This document shows, one piece after another, positions 13,195 through 24,465 of a stretch of DNA of 64,000 nucleotides (the first letter of the stretch is position 1; each line of letters starts with the position of its first letter). The DNA lies in NCBI RefSeq assembly GCF_006345805.1, contig NC_043006.1:53072001-53136000 (forward strand), in the 5' to 3' direction. The position numbers and the translations under genes were made by a program. The notes beneath the pieces are model-generated. The model was given only the letters and a program-made list of their open reading frames with translations, ran no database searches and was not told the origin of the DNA. Source of the stretch: Octopus sinensis. Lineage: Eukaryota.

Positions 13195-13345
13195 TCATAA
13201 CACTTGGGACTCACACTCAACAAATTGAAAGTACTTGGGCATGGTTGACTCTTATTGTGGATTTAAGTGGAGAAGGAGATGCAAGAAAGATAATTTATTT
13301 TACAAAATCCTTGAGTGTATTGCAAACTTTCGTCCTTGAATTCTT
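13195..13345 (+). mobile_element. Merlin (IS1595/ISXO2-like) DDE transposase C-terminal relic
   Basis: LGTHTQQIESTW (ISXO2 HTQxIESxW motif) followed, after a frameshift, by WRRRCKKDNLFYKILECIANFRP*. Confidence 0.65.
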
Positions 13346-13719
13346 TAACCTAATAATGTCTGTTTTAAACAATGTTTTGACTGTCATCTCTAGCAACTCC
13401 TGTTGGTTTTGTTCGTAGCTCTTAAATATTAAATTTGCTCCCGAATGTTTTCATATTTTTCACTGTTTACTGTAGACCGTTTAATGTTTTGACATGTCGT
13501 TGCCCCCCGTCTGATAATGGAAGAGGCAGCGAACAAGCTGTTTTCTGATTGACTGAAAATTCTGAAAAATTATCTAACTTTGAACACCTGTAACATTTTT
13601 CCAAAATTTTTCTAGAAAAAATGAATAGGAAATTCGGATTCAGCGTCAAAAATTACATCTATATGATACATTAGAAATGGCTTTAAAGATAATTGTAAAC
13701 AGTGAAGAACGCCACAAAG

Positions 13720-14093
13720 ATCCGGCCAGAAATTTCGAGGGAGGGGTAAATCGATTACATCAACCCCAGTATTTAAGTGGTACTTATTTTATTGACCCTG
13801 AATGGATGGAAGGCAAAGTCGACTTCGGCGGAATTTGAACGCAGAGCATGAAGACGGACAAAAAACCGCTATGCATTTCGTCCAGTGTGTTATCTGCTTA
13901 GCTCAAGGCCTGAAATTCGGGAGAGGCGACTTGTCGATGACCTCGACCGCCAGTATTTCACTGGTACTTATTTTTATTGAAACGATAAAAGGCAAAGTCG
14001 ACCTCGGCGGAATTTGGACTCAGAAAATTAAGATAAACGATATATATCGCTAAGTATTTCGCCCGGCGTGCTAACGATTCTGTCAGCTCGACG
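13720..14093 (-). mobile_element. Two head-to-tail SINE family C copies (tail type 2)
   Basis: Each contains aaaggcaaagtcgac(c/t)tcggcggaatttg; heads near 13897 and 14093. Confidence 0.8.
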
Positions 14094-14400
14094 CTGTTAG
14101 GTATATATTGATAATAGACATGTATTGGACTGGGTACAACGCGGAGTCGAAAGCAGACTACAGTAACCAAATAGCTCATGTTGTTAAATATGCTGCTGTC
14201 GTGATAAGACATCACCACAGCACATTCTGGCTGTGGGTGCTTGAGCAGCGAGCAGACAACAATAAAATTTTCAAAAATAAAAAAAATAATAATAAATGAT
14301 GAGAAAAATGCTACTAAATGAAAATATTTTTCTCTCTGCCTCATACACACGTAAGCGTGTATATTTGCATTTATGTATATATCTATTTGAACACAGACAC

Positions 14401-14479
<79 letters not shown>

Positions 14480-14689
14480 AATCAATTCAAATAAACAATC
14501 AATTCGAATAAACGAATTATGAAATTAACAGACAACAAGAGGATGTGCACGAGGAATGTATTAGCGTGACGCTCGATGATAACAAAAAAAAAAAAAAATG
14601 ACGTTTTGAGCATCGATCTTTGTTGGAAAGGAGAAAGGAAAGAGTTCAAAGAAAGAAAAGAAAAGAAATCGCCAACAGCACGTGTGTAG

Positions 14690-14756
14690 TTATATATATA
14701 TGTATGTATGCATGAATATATATATATATATATATATCTATATATATATATCTATA

Positions 14757-14807
<51 letters not shown>

Positions 14808-14819
14808 TATATATTATAT

Positions 14820-14855
<36 letters not shown>

Positions 14856-14861
14856 ATAATG

Positions 14862-14899
<38 letters not shown>

Positions 14900-15013
14900 A
14901 TTGATTGATTGATTGATTGATTCTAGTTTCAGCTTATGAGCTGTGGCCATGCTATATATATATATATATATATATATATAGATATATATATATGTATATA
15001 TATATCTATATAT

Positions 15014-15047
<34 letters not shown>

Positions 15048-15213
15048 ATGTATATAATATATATATATATATATTATATGTATATATATATAATATATAT
15101 GTATGTATATATATATATATATATAGTATGTATATATTATATATATATGTATGTATATATATATATATGTATGTATGTATATATATATATATATAATATA
15201 TGTATGTATGTAT

Positions 15214-15248
<35 letters not shown>

Positions 15249-15316
15249 CTATATATATATATATATAATGTATGTATGTATTTATTATATATATATATAT
15301 ATGTATGTATGTATAT

Positions 15317-15366
<50 letters not shown>

Positions 15367-15480
15367 ATATATATATATATATGTATGTATATATATATAT
15401 ATATATGTATGTATATATATATATATATATATAATGTATGTATATATATATATATATATACATATATATATGTATATATA
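14690..15480. repeat. Long (TA)n/(TATG)n arrays with a short SINE B tail at about 14915-14950
   Basis: Direct reading; ctagtttcagcttatgagctgtggccatgct resembles the reverse complement of the family B tail. Confidence 0.9.
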
Positions 15481-15520
15481 TATCAGTAAATATAATATGT
15501 GACAGTTATTCGGTAGCCAT

Positions 15521-15581
15521 GATAAAACTCCGAGTTTCGGATGTTGGAACGGAAACCCACGCCACCATCTCTTCAGTTATC
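15521..15581 (-). ncRNA. Second hammerhead ribozyme motif (inverted copy)
   Basis: Same core and helices I/III on the minus strand; helix II has a U-A pair where the + copy has C-G. Confidence 0.68.
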
Positions 15582-15607
15582 GGACAATAGATTATTTTCG
15601 ATAGCCC

Positions 15608-15668
15608 GATAACTGAAGAGATGGCGGCGTGGGTTTCCGCTCCGACATCCGAAACTCGGAGTTTTATC
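15608..15668 (+). ncRNA. Minimal type I hammerhead ribozyme motif
   Basis: Helix I GATAA(15608-12)/TTATC(15664-68); core CTGAAGA(15613-19); helix II GATGGCGG/CCGACATC(C); GAAA(15651-54); palindromic helix III ACTC-G-GAGT; GUU cleavage triplet ending 15663. Confidence 0.7.
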
Positions 15669-16127
15669 ATGGCTACCGAATAATTGTAACATATTATATT
15701 TACAGATAAATTCCTCTATTTACATAATATCGAGGTCTCTTTCATTCTTTTGCTGTTTTACCATTTCTATTAATATATATATAAATAAATGGTAATAAAA
15801 GGACAGTAGAATGCGAAGTATATTTTATGTAAAGTAAAAAGAATGTTAAAATAATTTATAATAAAAAATATTATTATTATAATCGTTTTTTGAATCACTT
15901 TCATTTTTACTAGATTCGCGCACACCATCAGTTGCAAATGCAATCTCCGATTCACAAGCACTCGTAGACGGACTTGTAGATTTCTTTTAAAAAGAACTAG
16001 TGTAGAGCTGTGTGCTTAGAAAAGCGTTTTTCGCTCTCTATGAGTTTCTCGGTAACACGCAGAAGCATTTGTTATGGTAGTAGAAACTTTTGCACTTCGT
16101 TCAAAATTTGGATTTTGTGCTTGAAAA

Positions 16128-16192
16128 AAAAACCCCTCGTAAACCCACCCGGTGTCTCGTAAAGCGGGTCCTCGTAAAGTGAGGTATTATTG
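16128..16192. mobile_element. Possible Tigger/pogo-type terminal region
   Basis: Three ctcgtaaa direct repeats ending ...gtgaggtattattg|ta; the partner TIR was not found. Confidence 0.35.
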
Positions 16193-16680
16193 TATATTCT
16201 GTACATCAAACCAAAGGAGTTTAATTTGTTTATTTGCATCAATGTCCCCATATCTGCTCACTTGAATTTGCCTTATAGTCACTCTATATCCCGCTGATTT
16301 TATAGTGTGTGTTCAAATCTTTCGAGTGCTAGTAAATGTTTTCTACCCCCACCCATACATCTTCCATTCGGAATATATATCAAAGAAGTTCTTCAATAAA
16401 TGTTGCTGTTGGAACTTTTCTTTAATCGTGTGTACTCATGCAATGAAGAGATTATTTTTTTGTTGTCGTTGAACGCTGATGGTGCACACTTATGATCAAA
16501 AGTGTCACACACTGATTTTTAGAGGGTTATCCATGACTACCTCGCCCAGTGTGTCTTTTTCTTAATGAAGACACTATGAAGAATGTTTGAGCTCGATTTA
16601 TAGCAAGCCGAGCGTCCACACAGAGGCACCCTCGAAGGCTAAATGAGGACACGTAAACGCTCTCTCGTTGACATATGTAC

Positions 16681-17458
16681 CAGGGTTGCCAATTCAGTTG
16701 TTTTTATAATTTCAGCTTGAAAATCCATCAAGTTATGTGTCCGCATAATTTTAGTGTATTTAAAAATAATTTAGTGCCTCAGTTAGTTCTTCTTCATTAA
16801 AGAGAAATCAGAATTTAATTCGGAATTTGCTATCCAAAATTCAAGCAGACAAATTTTGTGACAAGAAAATGTGTTTTTCCAGTCTTTTCAGACAATTTCT
16901 ATTTGGATTGAAGTATCGTCATATAAGTTATTCGACTGGGAAAAAACTTTTTGAACATTTCTCTAAGTTAGCTTCAACACTACTCATTTTACCAGATGCA
17001 AATGCTAATTTTCAGATCACATTTATCCACATGAATTTTATGAACTCAAACGAGCGTAACCGTCTAAGCATAGAAGCACAAAGAGAAATTCTGAATATCA
17101 AATATAGCCTTAAACGAAGTGGTAAATAGTTATGTTTGTAATCTACTTAGCCAACTGTAAAAGAAAATTGGATCCACGGAAGCTTATAAATCGTGTGAAA
17201 CTGCAGCTTCTACATCAAAAGAAATTGACTGGGAAATCTTCAAAAATATTATGGAGTAAAAATAGAAGTGATGTTAATTTCATTTTAATTTAATTGGAGC
17301 TGGAATTTTTAATATAAATCTTTTGATATTTACACCTATTTGTATGATTTCTTTTTATATTTAGGTGCTTTTTGGTACTTTTCACTTTTATCTAATGCTT
17401 TTTAATGCCTATTAGCTTACAACATTGCGCTTTTTAAAATATTGAATTGGCGTTCCTG
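16681..17458 (+). mobile_element. Internally deleted hAT transposon with C-terminal dimerisation-domain remnant
   Basis: TIRs cagggttgccaattca / tgaattggcgttcctg; 8-bp TSD atatgtac (16673-80) vs gtatgtac (17459-66); FSKLASTLLILPDANANFQITFIHMNFMNSNERNRLS resembles the hAT LP.SNA..ER.FS.M......RNRL motif. Confidence 0.8.
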
Positions 17459-18214
17459 GTATGTACGCGGTTATTTACGTTTTCATAAGTGATTTAACTA
17501 ATTATTAACTTTTTCAATTTCATTTAGTATCACTTTGAATGAAGTAAACATCTCTGGTGAAGTTCAGAGGAGATTTAGCTATAATTTCCAGGAAGTTGGG
17601 TCACAACGTAGAACCATCGTTGTGAGGTGAGAGCTACATGTCCACCACAGCAAAAGAAATATTTCATTATCGACCATGAAAGGAAGGTATTATTACATAG
17701 CCGATAACAAGTAGCAATAAATTACTATTAAAACCTCTAGCTACTATCATCCCTACCCCCATGGAAAAACGCTATGACAATAAATGTAATGTAGTATAAG
17801 TGTGAAGAATTTAAGGAATTTAAGGAAGAACATCAAAAAAGTTATTAATAAAAAGCCAATAAGGAAAAACAGATGGGGTAATAAGGAAAATTCAACCGGA
17901 TATTTACAAATAGGTTATAAAAGGGAAAAATTAATAAGAGAAACGAAAAAGAAAGATATATCAATGCATAACTTTAATTATAATTATTATTATTATTATT
18001 ATTTTTTCGTTCATATTTGTATTGTCTTTTGAAAAGTTCGTATGTATTAAATCCAATTTTGATTTTAACATCTTTTCTCCATTTAAATATTTGCTCATGG
18101 TATCTTTATACCTATAACGACCTTTTTCAATATATATATATATGCATATATATATTTTTTTCACATACATGACTACACTATCCGCCTATTCAATTCCTTT
18201 TTCTTTCTTCCTGG

Positions 18215-19525
18215 TCCCCCCGCCTCCTCTTCACCATATGGTGTATGGACATTAAATTCCTAAACACCATCGGCCTCTTAGCCTTCCAGTACTGCCTCAA
18301 CCGTCGCACCGACCCCACATCCAGCACATCTACACTTCTCCGCCTTGTAGAACTCGTTCTTACTCTCAAATGCTTCACGTTCGCAGGTGAGGTCTACCAG
18401 CAAATATCTAGCATCGCCATGGGAACAAGAATGTGCTCCAACTTTACTAACTTCTCACAGTTCTCTGGACAGACCCCAAAGCTATACGCTCGGTATACAG
18501 ACGATTTCATTGGCAATACCTCTCTCTCCCCTGAGCAGCTCACCAACTTTATCTCTTTCGTTTTCACCTTTCATCCTTCCCTTGAGTTCACCTCCGTCAT
18601 CCCCGACATTTCTGCCAATTTCCTCCATCTCTCTCTCTCTATTGGTCCTCTCGCCCAATCTCTTATCACTTCCGCCTTCTTCAAACCAACGGACTCCCAT
18701 CTCTATCTCAACTTTTCCTCCTCCCACCCTCCCACACCAAACGGGCCATCCCCTACTCCCAATCCCTCCATCTCCGACGTCTGCGCAGCCGCGATCGGGA
18801 TTTTGAAACTCATTATCGATACCTGGCCCTCCTGTTCACTCTTCGTGGATACCCCTCCACCCTTGTTCAGGCCGCACTTACTCTTGTCCGCCAAGTTGAT
18901 CATACTACAGCCCTCTCTCCTTCCCAACACCTGTCTCCCTACGCTACCCCCTTTCTTCTCTTCTGCCCCTCCAATCTACCCTTTCGTCGGAAGATCCTAC
19001 TGGCTTTCCATCGTCTCCAATCTGGTCCTAACCCTCCCTGTTTTCCCCAACCCACCCTTTTCCTCTTTCAAACGCACCCATATCCTATGCAACTTACTGG
19101 TTTGTAGCTCCCTCAGTTCCTGGACCCTTCTCGTGCTCAATACTCCGTTGCCACATCTGTTCGTTTATTGCCAATATCACTTCCCTCACTGAAACTAACC
19201 AACGCACCCTTCACATCTGGAACTCCTTTTCTCGTATCTCATCTAATTTTGTCTATTGCATTTAATGCTACATTTATGATTGTCCATATGTTGGTCAGCT
19301 GACCAGTTTACCGAACACCTACGAGATCTTCGCCTGCGAAAAACACCCGCGTCGCTCGTCATTTTTGCTCTGCCAGCCATTCCACCTTACACATCACTGT
19401 CTTCGGTCTGACCTTACACTATGGATCCACCAACACCAGATTTCACTCTGAACAGCGCTATATCTTCTCTCTTCAAACGCAAGCAAACACCGTTTGGACT
19501 GAACACGACTCCTCCTTCCAGTAAC
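18215..19525 (+). mobile_element. Penelope-like retroelement (RT + GIY-YIG endonuclease), frameshifted
   Basis: MDIKFL..., LRLVELVLTLKCFTFAGEVYQQISSIAMGTRM, LYARYTDDFIG, FHPSLEFT, KPTDSHLYLNFSSSHP; downstream SNFVYCI..YVGQ..FTEHLR..VARHF..EQRYIFSL..FGLN. Confidence 0.88.
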
Positions 19526-20679
19526 AACTTCCAGACCCCTTTTTAAAAAATATTTTTCATTGTAATTCATTTCTTTTTTTTTTAGTTTGAATTATTCTTG
19601 CTAGTAAATTTACCTATCTACGATGGAGGCATTAAACGAGGGAGGGAATTCATAACTGCAGTATGTATTGAGAAATGTGTAAATGAACTTGATAGATTAC
19701 TGGGTGATGTTTTAAAGAAATCACATTATTGTTGGTGATACAGCATTCTATTGCAGCTATGTGACATATGCTTGCATATAAGTGACGTGATGACGATTCA
19801 CTCCTGAAATGAAAGAGGCTCCAAGCCTCTGTATCATCAATGGTTATGTGGACCACTCCTAACGAAAGCCAGATCTTCCTTTCACCACTACATAAAAAGT
19901 ATTAAGAAAAAGGTGTTATTTAGATAAACTTCTATTTTAGCTATTTACTCTACTTAACGCTTGTTTATACTCTTAGACATTCAAAGTTAAGAAATTTCCG
20001 TATTTGAATTATGAATCATATTCTTTTCGATAATATGAATATGATTACAAAACTTCTTTGTAGACGTTGTTTTTTGTTTGGTTGACACTAATTTTCAAAT
20101 TACTGGAGCCCGTTGCTCTACACATAGCAACATATAACTGGCCGTGTGTAAACATCGGAGGAGTAAAAATACACTTATACGATCTAAAGTTTGGCTCTGC
20201 ACTGTTTGCTGTGAATGTGTGAAATCTTTAGGGTTGCAAAATATCAAGCTAAGACTTATCTCTCACTGTCCTATACGAATAATGTCTGGATGCTCTGGTG
20301 TCATAGGTTATTTTGATTGACAAAACTGAGATGTAAACAACAGCGGCTTCGATTAGCAGTTCGAATCCTGCTCGAGACTGACACACTTCAATAAACACTA
20401 AATAATCACACACACTATATACATACGTTTTTCCATTTTATTTTCGCTGTTAACCGTCCTCGCGACCCCCTTCATTTCTACGATGGGACCACGAACTATA
20501 CGACGAAAATCCAGAGTTACTCGTGATTGGTGAATTTGTAATAAAAATGCGAAGGTAGTTTATTAATTAAAAAATCAATATCCACGAAATAATTATACTT
20601 TCTGATTTTTTAATGTTAAAGACCTTCCCGACGACCGTCTTTGTAATCCCGAAAAGTATCGTTTCCTTTGGAAACAATT

Positions 20680-20806
20680 CAAACTTTGTACGAGTCCATA
20701 CCTCGTAGAATTCAAGCTGTAATTACTGCCAAAGGTGGTCCTGCCCCATATTAAAATAAATTTTCTTGAAACTTTAAGGTGTTTCCATTATTTTGTCCAA
20801 CCCCTG
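20680..20806 (+). mobile_element. Tc1-like transposon 3' end
   Basis: LYESIPRRIQAVITAKGGPAPY* followed by TIR ttgtccaacccctg|TA. Confidence 0.8.
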
Positions 20807-21399
20807 TACACACACACACATGTATATGTATACACAGAAGATGAGAGAGATAGACGAGGAATGGCATGATGAGGATGAGGAGGAGCAGCAGCAGCAACGG
20901 CCAACGGTGAGAGTGAGGTGAAGGGAAAAGATGAGGTGTGAGGGGGAATAGAAAGATAAGGGTATAATGAACTAAGAGGAGTTGTAAAAGTAGAAGGCGA
21001 AAATCCCTTCATTTAAACCTGTCAGGGTCATGATACTAAGTTCGAATATGAAGCGTTCCTTTCTCCGTTTCCTTGAGAGTTTGGATCCATGGTGTGCGGA
21101 GATACCTGCGGCAATTTCGATCCCTTCGAATTTACTAAATAGTATAAATCTCGCTGACAGACTAACACTAATTTTTAGGAGTTTGCTTGACCGTCCACAC
21201 ACACACACTCATACATACACACACACACACATACATACCCCCCCCCCACACACTCATACAAACACACACAATCATAATTCTTAATATCTTGATGTGATAA
21301 CTGAAGTGCATTCAGAGCTAAAGAACTTGCTTTTGGTGATTGACTGAGCTCCGTTAACTCGGGTTGCTGTGATTATTCGAAGAAAATATATTACTTGTA

Positions 21400-22195
21400 G
21401 CTAAATACTGGTTTCAAATTTTGCCACAGGGGCAGCCATTTTGAGAGAGGGGAGGTGTCGATGTAATCGACTCCATTGTTCAACTGGTACTTAATTTATC
21501 GACCCGAAAGGATGAAAGGCAAAGTTGACCTCAGTGGAATTTGAACTCAGAGTGTAGCGACGGGCGAAATATCGCTAAGCAGTTCGTTCTGTGCGCTAAC
21601 GATTCTTATTTCTTTATTACCCACAAGGAGCTAAACATAGAGGAGACAAACAAGGACAGACAAAGGGATTTAAGTCGATTACACAGATCCCGGCGCGTAA
21701 CTGGTACTTAATTTATCAACCCCGAAAGAATGAAAGGCAAAGTCGATCTCGGCGGAATTTGAACTCAGAACTTAACGACAGACGAAATACCTATTTCTTT
21801 ACTACCCACAAGGGGCTAAACGCAGAGAGGACAAACAAGGACAGACAAACAGATTAAGTCGATTATATCGACATCAGTGCGTAACTGGTATTTAATTTAC
21901 CGACCCCGAAAGAATGAAAGGCAAAGTCGACCTCGGCTGAATTTGAACTCAGAACGCAGCGGCAGACGAAATACCTATTTCTTTACTACCCAAAATGGGC
22001 TAAACACAGAGAGAACAAACAAGGATTAAGTCAATTATATCGACCCCAGTGCGTGACTGGTACTTATTTAATCGACCCCGAAAGGATGGAAGGCAAAGTC
22101 GACCTCGCCGGAATTTGAACTCAGAACGTAATGGCAGACGAAATACCGCTAAGCATTTCGCCCGGCGTGCTAACGATTCTGCCAACTCTCCACCT
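21400..22195 (-). mobile_element. SINE family C concatemer: one head, three tandem body+tail1 units of about 180 bp, then a further head+body+tail2
   Basis: Unit tatttctttactacccacaagggg...gaactcagaacgt..gcagacgaaatac recurs starting at about 21607, 21792 and 21976. Confidence 0.9.
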
Positions 22196-22509
22196 TCAAC
22201 TTGTAAGCGAAATTGTAAAATACTATCTTAATTCACGAAGATAAAATTCATTCTCAAATGTTTATGCTGCGTTGATATATTACTACATTCTAAAGAAATT
22301 GGTCTATCAGTGCATTCTCAAGAATTGGTCTATTAGTGCATTCTTATCTTTTAATGTATTAGCCTATTCTTAAATTGGTCTGTTAAAACATTCTTCGTGT
22401 TTGCGAAATTTCCAACGGAACTACCTACTTACTAAATAATAAGTAGTTTAGTTGACATGTAAAGCCTTAATTAGCAGTCGTGGTTCTAAATCAGTTGAGT
22501 TTACAAAGG

Positions 22510-22666
22510 CACAGGCGTTGTGTGTGGTGACGTTCACTGCATGACCTTGTAGTTTTTTTAGTTTGATCACACAGCGGAGCACCTTGGACAAGTAACTTCT
22601 GCAGTAGCCTAGGGTTGATCAATGCCCTGTAAATGGAATTTAGTAAAGTGAATCTGTGAGGAGCTT

Positions 22667-22680
<14 letters not shown>
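22510..22680 (+). mobile_element. Degenerate SINE B head
   Basis: ggcacaggcgttgtgtgtggt...caccttggacaagtaacttct resembles the 10374 copy. Confidence 0.5.
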
Positions 22681-22719
<39 letters not shown>

Positions 22720-22723
22720 TATA

Positions 22724-22768
<45 letters not shown>

Positions 22769-22796
22769 ATATATATATATATTATATATATATATA

Positions 22797-22828
<32 letters not shown>

Positions 22829-22829
22829 A

Positions 22830-23174
22830 GTGAAGGCGCATGGCTCAGTGGTTAGAGGTTAGAGCGTCGAGCTTACGATCGTGAGGTTGTGAGCTCGAAT
22901 CCCGGACCGGGCTGCGTGTTGTGTTCTTGAGCAAGGCACTTTATTTCACTTTGCTCCAGTTCACTCAGCTGTAGAAATGAGTTGCGACGTCACTGGTGCC
23001 AAGCTGTATCGACCTTTGTCTTTCCCTTGGATAACACTGGTGGCGTGGAGAGGGGAGGCTGGTATGCATGGGCGACTGCTGGTCTTCCATAAACAACCTT
23101 GCCCGGACTTGTGTCTAGGAGGGTAACTTTCTAGGTGCAATCCCATGGTCATTCATGACCGAAGGGGGTCTTTT
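22830..23174 (+). mobile_element. tRNA-derived SINE family D, full length, within (TA)n
   Basis: gtgaaggcgcatggctcagtggttagag...gctcgaatcccgg...cttgagcaaggcactttatttcac; small gttagag duplication in the A box. Confidence 0.85.
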
Positions 23175-23315
23175 ATATATATATATATATATATTTATTT
23201 ATCATATATATGTATATATATGTATATATATATATATATATATACATATATACATACATATATATATATACATATATACATACACATATATATATATATA
23301 CATATATATGTATAC

Positions 23316-23351
<36 letters not shown>

Positions 23352-23381
23352 ACATATGTATATATATATATATATGTATAC

Positions 23382-23438
<57 letters not shown>

Positions 23439-23460
23439 CACACACACATATATGCATATA

Positions 23461-23879
23461 TGGGTACAGCACGTCACGAACAGTAAACAACATGAAATAC
23501 GAAAACACACGAGTTGAATACGCAAACAACGAGAGAAACAAAAGGAAAACAAGTTAAGTAACATAAAGAACGACCCTTCATCAGTTGTCGGCTGCCTATC
23601 TACTCCTCATTTTGAACATTGAACGGCAATATTAGTCTTCGAAGGCAGTTGCTCCCACAAAAGCCAAAAGAAAATTTGGGATTTATGGAGGTTCAAAATT
23701 GGTAACAAAAACAGGACAGTGGAAACCGAACGAAAACAAACATGGAGGGTCGTTAAACCAGACGATAGTAAAATGGCGAACGCTGGAGAAATATTTTCTT
23801 TGACAAGAGAAAAGATAGAAGAGAGAGATATAACCTTTCGTCTTTAATATTGTTTACTGTTTGTGACGTCCTGTACCCA
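23461..23879. mobile_element. About 420-bp non-coding element with about 37-bp terminal inverted repeats, embedded in TA repeats
   Basis: tgggtacagcacgtcacgaacagtaaacaacatgaa vs reverse complement of ttaatattgtttactgtttgtgacgtcctgtaccca. Confidence 0.75.
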
Positions 23880-24039
23880 TATATGAATGTATGTATATTT
23901 GTATATATATGCATATATATAAATTATTTATATTATTAATTGATTGAACGCCAGGCATCTATTTCTAAGTATATATATATATTGGTTTAGCTATTGCTAG
24001 TCAAGGCCATATCTAATTTAACAGCGCCCACAGCAGTAG

Positions 24040-24318
24040 TCTTTTAAATCATGATTTGGGGAACTATATCCCACTCCAGCAGGTGTTGTTTGTCGAAATA
24101 TATCCTGGTGTCGGTGGTTTGTCTGGTATTTCTTGAGTCAATTTGTCAATATACCGTTTGGATGTTATGGAATCTTTTTATTTTATTTCTTTCGAGATAC
24201 TGTAAAATAAAGTAGGGCCAGTTGAGTTTAAAATAAGTTTTGTCCCTATGTATTTATGTGATGTGAGCTCGGTTTTTGTAGGGAGCATATGGATCTAGGG
24301 TAAGCTTTCAATGACGCG
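24040..24318 (-). mobile_element. CR1/L2-type LINE C-terminal fragment
   Basis: Minus strand NSTGPTLFYSISKEI...IDKLTQEIPDKPPTPGYIS (GP.LFN.LP...LD....IPD.P..PGY motif). Confidence 0.65.
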
Positions 24319-24320
24319 CG

Positions 24321-24465
24321 AACTTAAATCGCTTTATATCTTTCATCCGGAACTTAAATCGCTTTATATCTTTCATCCGGAACTTAAATCGCTTTATATC
24401 TTTCATCCGGAACTTAAATCGCTTTATATCTTTCATCCGGAACTTAAATCGCTTTATATCTTTCA
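24321..24465. repeat. Perfect 30-bp tandem repeat, 4.8 copies
   Basis: Unit aacttaaatcgctttatatctttcatccgg at 24321, 24351, 24381, 24411, and partial at 24441. Confidence 0.97.

Larger units (their letters stand above)
15482..15707. repeat. Inverted repeat, 102-bp arms with 6 mismatches and a 22-bp spacer
   Basis: 15482-15583 is the reverse complement of 15606-15707. Confidence 0.93.

Noticed and set aside
23570-23625. CTGATGA on the minus strand as a hammerhead core (also 9327 CTGAAGA, about 25945, about 28918, about 61640)
   Set aside because: No correctly placed helix II followed by GAAA
21400-24465. CRISPR-like appearance of the SINE C array and the 30-bp tandem
   Set aside because: Units are contiguous with no unique spacers, the context is eukaryotic, and there are no cas genes
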